A DNA stretch of 64,000 bases from contig OZ024743.1 in the NCBI GenBank assembly GCA_964016885.1, forward strand, positions 280,116,001 through 280,180,000, written 5' to 3'. The notes under the pieces are model-generated. The model was not told the DNA's origin. It saw only the letters and a list, made by a program, of their open reading frames with translations, and ran no database searches. Both the position numbers and the translations under genes were made by a program. The DNA is from Eledone cirrhosa (lineage: Eukaryota). This document shows positions 1 to 12,545 of this stretch, in pieces. How positions within the stretch are numbered: position 1 is the first letter of the stretch; every line of letters starts with the position of its first letter.

Positions 1-2288
1 CATACTTTTCGTAGAGGAAGGATGGTTTCTCCATCCCTTTTCGCTTGATCGTCTGGTGAAGGGATCGTTGAATCGTCCCTTCGGCTGGTTGTCGGATCTT
101 CTATGAGTATGTCCGTATATACTCTCCGGTTGAGAGTCCCTCCTAGGTCTCTGAAATCACCAACTGCGTTGGGGAATTTCGTTTTAATGTTTGTGTATTG
201 TTTCTGTGCTATTTTTAGCAGTCTTATGATCGTTAGCGTTTTGATTGGTGCTGGTATTATGTAGTCGTGCTGTGAAATGTCTGTGTGTTCAATTATGTAA
301 GTCATTAGTTGCTTGTTGTGTGTATTTATTGCCGTGCATTTGTTTTTCTGGGGGTGGGGTGTGGTTCTGCTATTTTCTTGTCGTTGTTGCTGGGTGTGTG
401 TGTTTTGTTGTTGTGTTTGCGATGTTGGTGCTTATGGTGGTGGTGTTGAAGGTGTTGTTGGCGGTGGGGTTGTCGCCGGTGCTGATGGTGGTGATAGAGT
501 GGGTGGTGATAGTGTTGGTGGTGTTGCTGCTGTGAGTCTCTTTGCAGTAGCCTTTACCTTTTTTCATTTCTTTCCTCCCTTTTCGAAGGCGAGGATGCGC
601 TGCTTCTGCGTTTGTGCCTTCTTACGTCCTTTTGCCATCCCTCTCCCACATCACACTCCATGTCTGATTTTATGAGGTCGGGGAGGGGTACCAGCTCCAC
701 TCTTTCACTTGTTGTTGTTGGTGACGTTTGCAGTGCAGTCTCTGTTGCAGCTGCATTTGGTATTGCTGTTGTTGTTGTTAATAATTCCACTGCTGCTGCT
801 GTTCTTGATTTCCGTGGAGTGGGTATGGGTGCCACGTACCTATCGTTCCTGGTTGCCGCTTGTCCTGTTGCTGGTAGCCGTAGAGCCGGTTTCGGAAGGA
901 GGCGGATTTTTCCTTTCTCAGGGTCTTCTCGTTGCAGAAGGCCCTGAGGTGAGTCTTCGATCCACAGCGAAAGCATTTCGGGCGTTTGCCCTCAACACTT
1001 ATGGGCAGTTGAGTGCCGTTATCGAAGTCTATCACATCCGGGATAGCTTCGATCCACTCCTGGTTGGTTTGCATTAACATCTCAATGGAAGTGCCGACCC
1101 AATCTTCTCTTACTTTTTTCTGTACTTGCAGTACAGTTGTTTTGTCCTCGATTCCAACGAGGACAGACGCGGCGAGCCAAGAAGGGGCCATCCCGAGGGG
1201 GACGTGGGTCAGTTTGACCCTCACAATTTTTTGCCCGCAGTAGGAGGGCACCAACACCATTTCCTCGCTCCTTAGGGTCACTACTGATTGGGCCTTTGCC
1301 TCCTGGGGTGTGGCAAAAAGTACGTCTACGGTGGCATATTTTTTGCCTCGGGTGATGTGCGTTTTCCGCTGCCACACAGACCCCAAGGCTTTTTGTATTT
1401 GGGCCTCTGTGGCTCTTTCCACCCTACGGGATTTTGTACTTACTGTACGGTACGTGACCGTACAGTGCTCTTGGGTTTCGAAAAATGTTTCCGCTGCCTT
1501 GCAGATTGCTCGGTATCCATTCTTTGTCACCATCTTCTTCGCTTCCTCTAATTCCTCATTTGTTATGAGGATTGTTTCCAAGTTTTTCGCAATACCTGCA
1601 AATGAGATTGGTTTTTCTCTGCTGCTGCTGTAGTTGTTGTCGTCAGAGCTGCTGGTACTTTTGTTGTTGCTGCAGGTAGTACGACGACTACTGCCTCCGC
1701 CGCTGTTGCTGTGGTTGTTGTTGGTGTTGCTGCTGCTAATGCTGTTGTTGTTTATGCTGATGGTGATGCTGTTGCGGCTGCTACTGTTGTTTTCATTGTC
1801 ACTGTTGCTGTTGTTATTACGGCTGCTACTGCTATTATTCCTGACGTCAGACGAATGAACTGGGTTTTCGTATTTCCCGCACACCTGTTTCGTCGCTGTC
1901 GTCGTCGTCGTGGAGAAACCTTGCACGCTTTGCACGAGACTTTTCTTTTCTTTCGTCACTTGCGAAAGAGAAGGGAGGGAGAGAGACAATCTTCTCTCTG
2001 CTGTAGTGATGATTGAGGAAGAAGAAGACCGAATGAGTGGGAGTGACGTATGAAATTTCTTTTTCGTAGCCATGTTGTTTTTTGTTTAAAATGAATATTG
2101 GGTACAAAACCCCAATAACTGGTTATTTAACCCCGCAGGGCCAAATAACGGACAGAAAGACCCCTCTCACGAGGAGGAGGGTGTCTTTATCAACAATTTG
2201 GTTCAAGTTTTAAACAATTTACAATTGTTTTAACGGTTAAAAATTACTATACCTTACAGAGCCGAGCCTCCGTCAACCATGGCATTCA
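1..2288 (-). mobile_element. 5' part of a non-LTR retrotransposon (Tx1/L1-like) with Gag-like ORF1; continues beyond window start
   Basis: ORF 778..2073 carries a CCHC knuckle; coding-like sequence continues in a shifted frame toward position 1; ~200-nt leader abuts the (AAT)n tract at 2288. Confidence 0.7.
778..2073 (-). pseudogene. Gag-like ORF1 protein (Ser/Asn low-complexity region, then zinc knuckle), frameshifted near 900
   Basis: CFRCGSKTHLRAFC = Cx2Cx4Hx4C; overlapping ORF 554..976 appears to continue it. Confidence 0.7.
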
Positions 2289-2303
2289 ATAATAATAATA
2301 ATA

Positions 2304-2670
2304 ATGAAAAATTGAGCAAGTATAAGGACCTGGAGATAGAAATTGGAAAAATGTGGAAATTGAGAACTAAAACAATACCAGTGGTTGTAGGCGCTCTAGG
2401 AATGATACCTAAGGTGTCTAATGATTACTTATCGCAAATCCCAGGAGACCCGCGTATAGGAGAAATACAAAAGATAGTACTAATGGGAACTGCCCATATA
2501 CTAAGGAAGATTCTATCAATATAAGTACATCACAAGTCTAAACACCTAAAGATTCATGTGTGAGTATGTATGTTCTTTCTTGAACATGGCGGACCTTGTT
2601 GTTTCTTGAGGTCACTGGTTGTGACTTGGTGATAACTCGTATGAACATAAAGCAAGATAAATGTAGCTGT
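2304..2670 (+). mobile_element. 5'-truncated R4/Dong-type (restriction-like endonuclease) non-LTR retrotransposon 3' end
   Basis: EKLSKYKDLEIEIGKMW...TIPVVVGALG...IQKIVLMGTAHILRK is the typical RLE C-terminus; flanked on both sides by (AAT)n, a known Dong target. Confidence 0.85.
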
Positions 2671-2693
2671 AATAATAATAATAATAATAATAA

Positions 2694-2812
2694 TTGTTTC
2701 TACTTTAGGCACAAGGCCAGCAATTACCCAGTGCATTACTGGTACTTTATTTTATCGACCCCGTAAGGATGAAAGGCAAAGTCAACCTCGGCGGGATTTG
2801 AACTCAGATCGT
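2694..2812 (-). mobile_element. tRNA-derived SINE fragment (Nin/Deu-like core)
   Basis: Reverse strand reads ctgagttcaaatcccgccgaggttgactttgcctttcatcc...gtcgataaaataaagtaccag (B box + core); near-identical copy at ~48525-48640. Confidence 0.8.
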
Positions 2813-3046
2813 AATAATAATAATAATAATAATGATTTCTTTATTAACCACAAGGGTTTACATAAAGTAGAGATTAAGGACAGTGCAGGACAATACAGGA
2901 CGGTATAAATGGGCATTTCTGCGTGTAAAAAACAAAAACAGAGGATGTAACAAAAAGAATAGCAATGAAAAATTCCCCAATAAGGGAGAACTTCGGAGGG
3001 ACATTTGTGGAGAAAGCCCATTAAAAGACCACAGTGACCCGACGAA
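2812..3046 (-). mobile_element. Isolated LINE 3' UTR (probably Tx1/L1-type) with AATAAA and (ATT)n tail
   Basis: Reverse strand ends ...cccttgtggttaataaagaaatc(att)n and starts right after the (ATT)n tail of the CR1 element. Confidence 0.5.
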
Positions 3047-3202
3047 TAATAATGAAATATTGTGTACAGTGCTCAGGTGCAATACAACTCATCAAAAAGT
3101 GTATGTATAGTACATAGGGTAATGTAAAACGTCAGGAAAATGAACAGTGCATGAGTCATGATATACAAATGTGTGCATGTGTATGGAAGGGGTACATCTG
3201 GT

Positions 3203-5990
3203 CTAGTTTTGGCGTATCTCGGGAAGCATGAGTGTTTTAAAGGATGCAGTGTCTCTGCAGCTAACAACTGACGCAGGCAGTTTGTTCCATGCTTCTGCAA
3301 CTCTGAGCTTGAAAAAATGTCTACGAAAGTCATGGGAGCTGTGCTGTTTTCTGATTTTGTAGGCATGTCCACGTGTGTTAGACACATGGAGATCAAAAAG
3401 GTGCTCAGGGTTGTTGTTGGCGAGATGGTTAATAACTTTGTGAATGTTTACCAAGTCCATTGTCAGACGTCAGAGCTTCAATGAATCCATGCCCAGGGGA
3501 GCAAGGCGTTCAGAGTATGGTAGGTGTCTGATGGAGGGTATGCGCTTGGTTGCACGTCTCTGAACAGTTTCCAGGATGTCAATATTCTGAGCTAGATAGG
3601 GGTTCCAGACTGATGATGCGAATTACAAGTGTGGTCGTACCATAGCTGTATACAGCTTTAAATAGATGGCTGGAGAGCGGCTAACAAAGGTCTTGCTGCG
3701 TGATGCCAAGACACCCTCGGCCTTCTTGACAATCTTAGAGACATGCTTTGTCCAACGCCAATCGCTGCTGACAGTAATGCCCAGGTCACATTCACAAGAG
3801 GACTTCTTGATATCAGTGTTGTGGAGGGAGTATGTGGACGCTGGATTTTTCCTCCCAAAATGCATGGTGGTACACTTGTCCACAGCCAGCTTCAGTTGCC
3901 AGTCTGTGATCCATTGCTGCATTGTGTCCAGGTCTGATTGTAGGAAAGAGTTGTAGATTTCAGGATCAGTCCTTTTGATTTCAAGGTACAGCTTGATGTC
4001 ATCTGCATATTTCAGTACCGTGACATTCTGAAAGTTGGCATCTATGTCATTAATATATGCCACAGACAAAAGGGGACCAAGAACAGATCCCTGCAGTACT
4101 CCAGATGACATCTCATATGGTGAAGAATGCTGTCCTAGAACCGTGACTACCTCTTTTCGGCTGAGAATGATGGATTTCAACCAGTCGAAAAGATCATCCC
4201 TCACACCCATTGCAGAGAGTTTTGCCATAAGTCTTTTGTGTGGCACAGAATTAAAAGCCTTAGCAAAGTCAAGGTAAACAACATCCACCCATGAGCCGCT
4301 GTCAGTGATCCGGGTGTTTTCTTCAAGGAACTCGATAAGCTGATCACAGCAGCTGGAGTTAGGGATAAATCCAAACTGCGAGGGCCGGATGAGGCTGTGA
4401 GAGCTCCAGAAGTTCCAAAGTGTTTCTCTGACACAGGATTCCATCAGTTTGGCCATACATCTTGTAAGACTGACTGGACGATAGTTGACAGGTGACATGC
4501 GGTTGCCCTTTTTGAACAGGGGAATGACACTGGCAGTTTTCCACTGCTCCGGAGTAGCACCATTGTTGAGACAGTATTGAAAGAAGAAAGAAAGCTGGCG
4601 AAAAAGGAAATACCCGCCACGTTTGAGACCAGGTATGTAACACCATCAAGACCAAGGGAGGCATAGTTGCGCTTATTCTTAAGGTGACGTAGCAACATTG
4701 CAGGTGTAAATTCCATAGTTGTTATGGAATTTGATGTTAGAGATGGTGGAGATGGTACATTCTGGTTTTCAACAGTAAAAATACTTGCATAGCACTCAGC
4801 AATGAGTTCTGCGTATTCTTTGGGATCGTCAGTGATCTGGCTTGTGTGGGGATTGCGAAGAGGACCAACCGGAGAGTGAGGTCTCTGTTTTGAAAGAACA
4901 TATTTCCAGAACACCTTACTGTCAGGATTGGTTGCTATGTACTGTTAAAATTCAAGCACTGCCTTCTTTGTCACTTGCTTGAGATGGTTAGAAGATTTAT
5001 TCCGCTTTTTTCTGTTGGCATCTGATTTATGCAGTTTATATTCCCGTTCAGCGTTCCGAAGTTCTTTCCTGGCAAGTCGGACCGCTGAAGTTTCCCAAAT
5101 TGCACTTTTGGGGTGGGTTTTTTTCTGCTTACGTGGCACCGATGCTGCACACGCTATCCATATTGAGTCCAGGATGCTCTGGAGTATAGTGTTCACATCT
5201 CCAGAGTTATACATCTCATGCCAGTTTGGGTGCTGTAGCTCAGTGCAGTACAAGTTCCAATCTGCTTTCTTCCAATCAAAGCAAGCAGATTGGAGATGGC
5301 TCTGGTTTTTGTTGCTGCCTGCAAGAGCCAGATTGGCAATGATCATAGCATGATCAGAGTCGCCTAGAGGTTCCTCAGTAGTATAACTGATAACCACTTC
5401 AGGAGTAGTGGTGAAGATCAGGTCCAAAGTGTTGTCACCTCTTGTTGGAGAGGTGACTACTTGTGATCAGTGTGAGTCCAGCACTAGTTCAAGGAAATCG
5501 TTTGCACTTTGTGGCCAACGAAAGGTTTCCCAATCGATCTCAGGATGATTTCAGTCACCTGCAATAAACACTTAAGTGGCTGTTTTCCTGGCAGCAACTC
5601 TGAGGATATCGCAAAGCTGTGTGTCCTGATGGTAGTTGGGGGGGGGGGGCGATAAACAACGTCAACTAGAAGTGTTGACATGGTCATACGAATGTCACAA
5701 AAAAAAAACTTCTTGTGATTCGTTCAAATCAACGCAAGAAATTACCGAAAAGTTTGAACGAACGTAGACCATCACACCACCACCATGGCGATTAATGCGG
5801 TCCTTGCGGAAAAGGTTGTACCCAGTAATGCTGAAAACCCCATCACAGAGTAAGGAATGTGCCCATGTTTCCGTGACTGTGATGAAGTAAGAGTCGAAGC
5901 TTCTGACGTAGGAGTTAAACAGATGTATCTTGTTGCATAAACTGCGAGCATTTAAGGACAATAATTTGTACCCTGCTTGCAGTTTATGAT
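3203..5990 (-). pseudogene. LINE ORF2: apurinic-like endonuclease + reverse transcriptase, several frameshifts/stops
   Basis: SLNARSL..K, VTETW, RKDR...GGGV, VVYRPP, DLIFT, GDSDH (APE); NYRPVSLT, YLDFAKAF, QGSVLGP, YADD (RT); NTRGH..RRHFF..RV...WNKLP (CR1 C-terminus). Confidence 0.92.
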
Positions 5991-6020
5991 GGTGTGTAGA
6001 GGGTGGCAGGTTGTTCTGGT

Positions 6021-6741
6021 TTAGTTTCCCAGAGATGTTGCAGTGTTTTCATTGCCAGTTATTGTGGGTAGAGCACACTCAGACCAGCTAGTATCTCTCT
6101 TCCACGTTTCACCAGCCTTAACAAACCTCCAGATCTGCCCATCATCACGCAGACTAAAACTTTAATGTGGTGCTGAGTTCCGATTCAAGGAAGCTGCAGC
6201 ACGTAGCTTTGGACGTACATGGGGTGGTAGGCCTGGGCGTGTTCGGAAGGTAATCCGAATTTCACGCCCAGCTTTAACAGAGGCCAGATGGTATGAGATT
6301 GCCTCAGCGGGGTCCGAAAAAGACAGCCTGATGAGTCTGGGTTTGGGACCAGGTCGACCAAGGCGGAGAGCACCTTTTTGGGGGAACACAGCCTAGGTCT
6401 TTGGCTGAGCTGGCAGCAAATTCCCGAAGATCAGCCTTGTCCTATAGTACCCCAATGGCAATTACTTCATGGGTAGCAGATTCCGCAGTCTTCTCAGTGT
6501 GCCCAGATACGGTAAGAGGTACAGAGAGATTCTTTAGCAAGGCATTCCGATAAGACCCCTCATTGTGGGGTCCTACCCGAATACTTGCCTTTATTCCTGT
6601 TACTTCCCTTCTTAAAGCAGAAATCATTAGTTGCAATTCTGCCAAATCTGTACTTGTCGGTTGTTGTTGTTGTTGTTGTTGTTGCTGCTGTTGCTGCTGC
6701 TGTTGTTGTTGTTGTTGTTGTTGTTGTTGCTGTTGTTGTTT

Positions 6742-6779
<38 letters not shown>

Positions 6780-7302
6780 GCTGCTATTGTTGTTGTTGTT
6801 GTTGGTGATGATGATGTTCCTCCACGGGAATGGTAGGGGAAGACACAGTCGTCGGTTGTTGGCGTCGAGTGGGAGCGGAAGACATGGTTTGTTGTTGTTT
6901 CTGATGTTCTCGCCCAGGAATAGCAGCAGAAGCCTGTGTCATAGGTTTTTGCCGTTGTTCAGTAACAATGGTAGAAGAAGATACAGTCATCGGTTTTTTG
7001 TTGTTGTTTTTCAATAATTTTGGTGAGGGCAGGTACACAAAGGACCAGGATTTTAGCTGGACCATCTCCCAGATTCCATCCATCATAGCATTATGATGTC
7101 TCTTTTTGGGGGCCTGGGATCCTCCGGAAGCATGTGGCGCATTGAAGGCAGACAGAGATGCGACAGGTTCCACATTCAACCCAGCGATTACGGAACGAGT
7201 TTCGGGTTCCGTACAGATATGGCAGGTGTGATTTTCTGGGCAATGTTCTATTTTGGAACATCGACCAGTTTTGTCGCATACTTCATCCATGGATATCACC
7301 AT
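6021..7302 (-). pseudogene. LINE ORF1: PHD-like Cys cluster, poly-Gln tract, coiled coil, RRM-like region
   Basis: CHIC...WVECGTCRISVCLQC across a frameshift; LQLMISALRREV coil; RLGRPGPKPRLIRL; ends ...GN* at 6021. Confidence 0.7.
6661..6803. repeat. (TTG/CTG)n trinucleotide tract (poly-Gln on minus strand)
   Basis: Directly visible. Confidence 0.95.
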
Positions 7303-8297
7303 GGCAATTTTGTTATTTCTACCGATCCGTAGAAAAACACAGAATGTAAACAATATAGGTTTAGCGCACTTGATTACGATAGAAATAAAATGTCTGTTTT
7401 ATGTTTTGTTTTTTTGTGTATTTTGTTTCCGTTTTCCTAAATGTTGTGTGTGTGTGTGTACAAAAGAGTCTGCGCATGTAAACAAATACATATGCTGCGT
7501 AAGATAACGAGATAAATGTTTGTTTATGTTTTTTTTTGTATTTCTGTTTCTGTTTTCCTATGTATTATGTGTGTGTGTATGCAACACGATCTGCACACGA
7601 ATATATAATTATATATATATAATTAAAAGGTGTATGTGGGTTAGAAGCGAAGTCAATGGTCAGAAATATTTTACAAATGTACGTAAGATTGGCCGGTATA
7701 GTGTCTCACACGAAATAGTGTGGTTTCTTTTCACTTGTGTGTATATGCATGTGGTATATAGATTTATGTGTATATTGTTGTTTATAGATTTTGTGAAGTA
7801 CTTACTGCGATCCCTAAGGGATGTAACGATTTTTTTTCCCGTCCATGTCCACACGTGGTTTGTTGGCGAAAATCAAATCAAATCAAATCAAATGTACTTT
7901 GTTAAAATAATTCTATGTTGAAACTGGTACTAGTTGTCAGGGAACAGTCAAAGTATTTGTAATAATGAATATTGTAATCCATCTAACGTGTTTAAAGGCA
8001 GTTTTTGGTGAAAATATTATATTTTGTTTGGTCAAGACGTGGTCAAACGTCCTTCCTCGACGCCATTTTTTTATCTACCTTTATATCTCACAGACTTTGC
8101 TGGTACGTCGTAAAAGCTGAAGTGGTTTGATAACCCTAGGTAGTTCTGTGAACTTTTCTCCAGCTTGCGTTGCGCTTGCAAAAGTATTAAAATTCACACA
8201 CACACACACGCATATATATATATATATATATATATATAAATGTAAGTATGTATGTATACGTACATACAAAAATGTATACAGACGTACAGTAGCATGC

Positions 8298-8348
<51 letters not shown>

Positions 8349-8500
8349 CAGGTACACATACATATATGCACGCATCAGTTTAGCGGACGCTTATTATAAC
8401 GCCGCTTTGTTCGTTTATAAACAAACTGAACAGCCTGAATTTATGCCATACGGTGTTAAGGCAACCACGTCACCTTTTTGTTCAACACTGACACAGGAAC

Positions 8501-8539
8501 GATGTACTACTTTCAAGCTTGTTAGCTATCATCAGCACC
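8501..8539 (-). ncRNA. Minimal type I hammerhead ribozyme (stem III mutated)
   Basis: ggtg CTGATGA tagctaacaagctt GAAA gtag TA catc. Confidence 0.7.
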
Positions 8540-8961
8540 GTATACCCATCTGCCAGATAGTTGAACGTTCGAAAGTATATACCTTCCTTATGAAAATTAA
8601 CGGCTGAGCAGCCTAATTTGCATATTTAGTGAGTTAAATCGGTCAGGCATACCGAAAACGATAAGTTGAAAAAAAAAATGAAAACGAAATTTCATTTCTC
8701 ACTCTTAGTATGGCACTTACTTAAATGTAAGTATGTATGTATACGTACATAAATATATGTATACAGACGTACAGTAGCATGCATATATATACATATATAT
8801 ATATACATACAGGTACACATACATATATGCACGCATCAGTTTAGCGGACGCTTATTATAACGCCGCTTTGTTCGTTTGTAAACAAACTGAACAGCCTGGA
8901 TTTATGCCATACGGTGTTAAGGCAACCACGTCACCTTTTTGTTCAACACTGACACAGGAAC

Positions 8962-9000
8962 GATGTACTAGTTTCAAGCTTGTTAGCTATCATCAGCACC
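8962..9000 (-). ncRNA. Minimal type I hammerhead ribozyme
   Basis: ggtg CTGATGA t-agct-aaca-agct-t GAAA ctag TA catc; palindromic stem III. Confidence 0.8.
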
Positions 9001-9114
9001 GTATACCCATCTGCCAGATAGTTGAACGTTCGAAAGTATATACTTTCCTTATGAAAATTAACGGCTGAGCAGTATATACTTTCGAACGTTCAACTATCTG
9101 GCAGATGGGTATAC

Positions 9115-9153
9115 GGTGCTGATGATAGCTAACAAGCTTGAAACTAGTACATC
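9115..9153 (+). ncRNA. Minimal type I hammerhead ribozyme
   Basis: Same motif; stem I extends to acggtg/catcgt. Confidence 0.8.
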
Positions 9154-9305
9154 GTTCCTGTGTCAGTGTTGAACAAAAAGGTGACGTGGTTGCCTTAACA
9201 CCGTATGGCATAAATTCAGGCTGTTCAGTTTGTTTACAAACGAACAAAGCGGCGTTATAATAAGCGTCCGCTAAACTGATGCGTGCATATATGTATGTGT
9301 ACCTG

Positions 9306-9362
<57 letters not shown>

Positions 9363-9490
9363 ATGTATATATATGCATGCTACTGTACGTCTGTATACAT
9401 ATATGTATGTACGTATACATACATACTTACATTTAAGTAAGTGCCATACTAAGAGTGAGAAATGAAATTTCGTTTTCATTTTTTTTTCAA

Positions 9491-9558
<68 letters not shown>

Positions 9559-9626
9559 TATCATCGAAATATATATAGCAGTAAATAAAGGATTATGAGT
9601 TCATGCAATTGACTTATGTTTCGTCA

Positions 9627-9682
<56 letters not shown>

Positions 9683-9732
9683 GTAGAACACTGGTGGATT
9701 ATATAGTTTGTTTATATATATATATATACATA

Positions 9733-10688
9733 CTAGCAGCAGCACCCGGCGTCGCACGCGGTAGGAAACGTGAAATATAAACACGCATATGCAAAGATTC
9801 AGGAATGTAGCTGTGTACTTTTTGAATTCCCTTATTCTCAGGGAATGATTGAGGATTGACGTAGTCAATTGTGTGAAAACCAAGTAAAGATGTACGGTTA
9901 AGTAGGGGTATTGAGATGACGAAATCAGCATGGCAACGCAGCTACAGCAGAAAGGCGTCATAGTGCAATTAGCACCAACGCTGGGCGGCACTGGTTGCAC
10001 TGCCTTTACACAGCAACAAAAGAGGTAACCACAGAATTAGCACAACCGCTGTTCAGCGTACTTGCGCAGAGCGTTCATACTACGGTGTAGGTGCAACAAA
10101 AGGCGTCTTAGTAGAAGTAGCACAGACGTGAGTTTTACTGTGTCAATAACACGGCAACGTACACGGGGTCCGGATTTGCGCGTGATGAATGCACGAAGCG
10201 TCAACAGGGCGCCGACAAAAATTATAAGGTCCTCCTCATTTCCTCAATCCCTGAAAATGGTCCTGCTTAAAAGTAAGTAAGTGTGGTGTCCTCTGTTAAA
10301 TAAACCAAATTTTTAACGAAATATTATACGCTACTTACGATGCTTAAGTAGCATTTATAATAAAAAGGAAAATGGCATGTAATACCCAATGCTAATTCGT
10401 AAATATCCTAGGAACCATTAATGGAGTCTGAATCTCTTTTGTCCACAGCAATGCGAGTGGACTAACTAATGTGTGCTGCAAATTTCGAGGAAATCGGTTG
10501 GATTATCTTTAACTTATGCTTCAAAAAAGCCTAAAAATGCCTAAAAAATGCGTTTTTTTTTTAATTCAGGCCATTGCACTTCAAGAAATATAAGAAACGC
10601 ATCTGTAAAGTTTGCAAAAAATCGGTCGGATACTTCTCGAGTTTTAGGGATTTACACAGACAGACACACAGACATCCTCTGTTTTGTA

Positions 10689-10695
<7 letters not shown>
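9733..10695 (-). mobile_element. Non-autonomous Helitron-like element
   Basis: Minus-strand 3' end ccgcgtgcgacgccggg...gCTAG|t (GC hairpin + CTAG); 5' part has tgtctgtgtgtctgtctg and accgatt, typical of Helitron-derived repeats; inserted in (TA)n. Confidence 0.75.
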
Positions 10696-10747
<52 letters not shown>

Positions 10748-10748
<1 letters not shown>

Positions 10749-11235
10749 GGGGCCGTGTTCACGAGTGATGGAAAGCAGGAGGCAGAATTAAGTGCGTGTA
10801 TTGCAAGAGCTGATGTAGCAAGGCGTCAGCTTCGGCATTCGGTAATCAAAAGAAGAGCGGTAGGTGAAACAGCCACATTCGCTATAATCAATTGGGTATT
10901 CGTGCCTACCTATGGTCATGTATCTTGTGTACTGACCAAAAGAATACTTTCGCGAATACAAGCGGCCAAAATGGGGTTTCTGTGGGCACGTGATTAGAAT
11001 GTCTCAGGAAAGAATAGCTGGACAGATATTACGGGCAAAACAGACTGACAGGAGACCCAGGCGTAGACACAGAGTAAGATGTTTATATAACATCCATAAG
11101 CCTGGCTGATCTTACTTAGGGATCCAACCAGATCAGTTGGAGACGGTTCCTTCTGAAAGGACCTATTGGAAGGAGTATTTGATGATTTGAGGACTCTACC
11201 CCCTACGAAATCTCAGGAATAAGTGAGCGAAGAAG
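10748..11235 (+). mobile_element. RTE-clade (Rex3/Expander-like) LINE 3' fragment
   Basis: GAVFTSDG..E.EL..CIA.A...FVPTYGH.S.VLT.RILSRIQAA.M.FL; (GAA)n-like tail. Confidence 0.8.
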
Positions 11236-11243
11236 AAGAATAA

Positions 11244-11325
<82 letters not shown>

Positions 11326-11589
11326 TATGAGTGTGTGCGTGTGTGTGAGTAAATGTTATACATGGTTTGTGGTTCGATTCCTGTAATATGTCTCAATTAA
11401 TTTCTATATTAATTTCTAAGTTTCTAAGAAGTAGAAGAAGATATGAAGATATATGTGCGTAGCATGCGTGTGAGTGTGTGTATGTAAATGTTATGCATTG
11501 TGCATGGTTCCATTCCTGCAATTGTCTCAATTCATTTATATATATATATATATAATTTCTCTCTCTCTCTCTCTCTCTCTCTATGTATA

Positions 11590-11681
<92 letters not shown>

Positions 11682-11735
11682 AACCCCAATGCAGATAAGT
11701 ATAAATAATATTTGAATAAGTCAGGTATAAATATG

Positions 11736-11813
<78 letters not shown>

Positions 11814-12449
11814 CTCACATATCACGCTCTTTTAAATACCATGTTGTTGAATTCAGGTGATCAGAAAATGTATTTTTAATAATTACGAAGAAAAACTGTA
11901 AAACTCTTTACGTCATGTTCCGCACCGGCCTACAATCCCCCTTCTCTCACTTTGACTATTATAATTTCCCTGATGTTTCTCAAGGTCCAGGGTACCTTGC
12001 GTTGTAACTGCTCCTCAATGACGTATAAATGTATTTTTCTAAAAGGGATCTGAACATACACGGTATTTGATTAACTCGTTGGTTTGTGGAACTAATTGAT
12101 AGTTATGTTGTGGGCCTACTGTACTTATTCTATCAATCCAGATTCCTACGGGTGTGCCAAGTGTACGATCAACGGCACAGTTTACTCTCGAATTAACGTA
12201 CAAGTGGCTGAGCAGACCACAGACACATGACAGGATGTATGACAAAACTAGTCTTTTCAATTATCAGTGGAACCCATTCAACAGACTTCCAAAACAGCTT
12301 CCCTCAAAAGGTTTTGGGTTGCCCGATGGTTAATGAGACTTGACAAAGATACCATGTAGCGATATAGAACCTATGACATAATGATTTCAAAGTGAATCTT
12401 TTAACTATTCGTTGATGCTGCGGGTGACCCATGGTTGTAAAAAGGCAAA

Positions 12450-12545
12450 GATATCCCCGAGTCGGATTTGAATTCAAAATATAATGAAAAGGGACTACAA
12501 ACTTCAAAATAAGTTTTGGATGCTTTGACGTTTCCCCGCATCGCT
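12450..12545 (-). mobile_element. Degraded tRNA-SINE head
   Basis: gtcggatttgaattcaaaat...gggactacaa resembles the other SINE copies. Confidence 0.4.

Larger units (their letters stand above)
3047..7400 (-). mobile_element. Near full-length decayed CR1-group LINE (ORF1 + APE/RT ORF2, (ATT)n tail)
   Basis: Colinear ORF1, endonuclease, RT and C-terminal motifs on the minus strand; 3' end ...caatatttc(att)n at 3047-3060. Confidence 0.9.
8238..9494. mobile_element. Non-coding HHR-bearing tandem + inverted repeat element (retrozyme/PLE-pLTR-like), ~461-bp unit
   Basis: 8238-8610 repeats at 8722-9071; 9072-9494 is the reverse complement of 8663-9043; flanked by (TA)n. Confidence 0.85.

Noticed and set aside
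2155-2190. HDV-like ribozyme (TCCTCGT loop) at the LINE 5' end
   Set aside because: Folds as a simple hairpin; I could not build the nested double pseudoknot
8616-8623. Octamer motif ATTTGCAT in the tandem unit
   Set aside because: Single 8-mer in AT-rich DNA, imperfect in the 41150 relative; no PSE recognised
8407-9247. Repeated 66-aa ORF (MFV.KQTEQP...)
   Set aside because: Starts at TTG, lies antisense to the HHR strand, recurs only because the DNA is duplicated, and is not evidently preserved in the diverged copies
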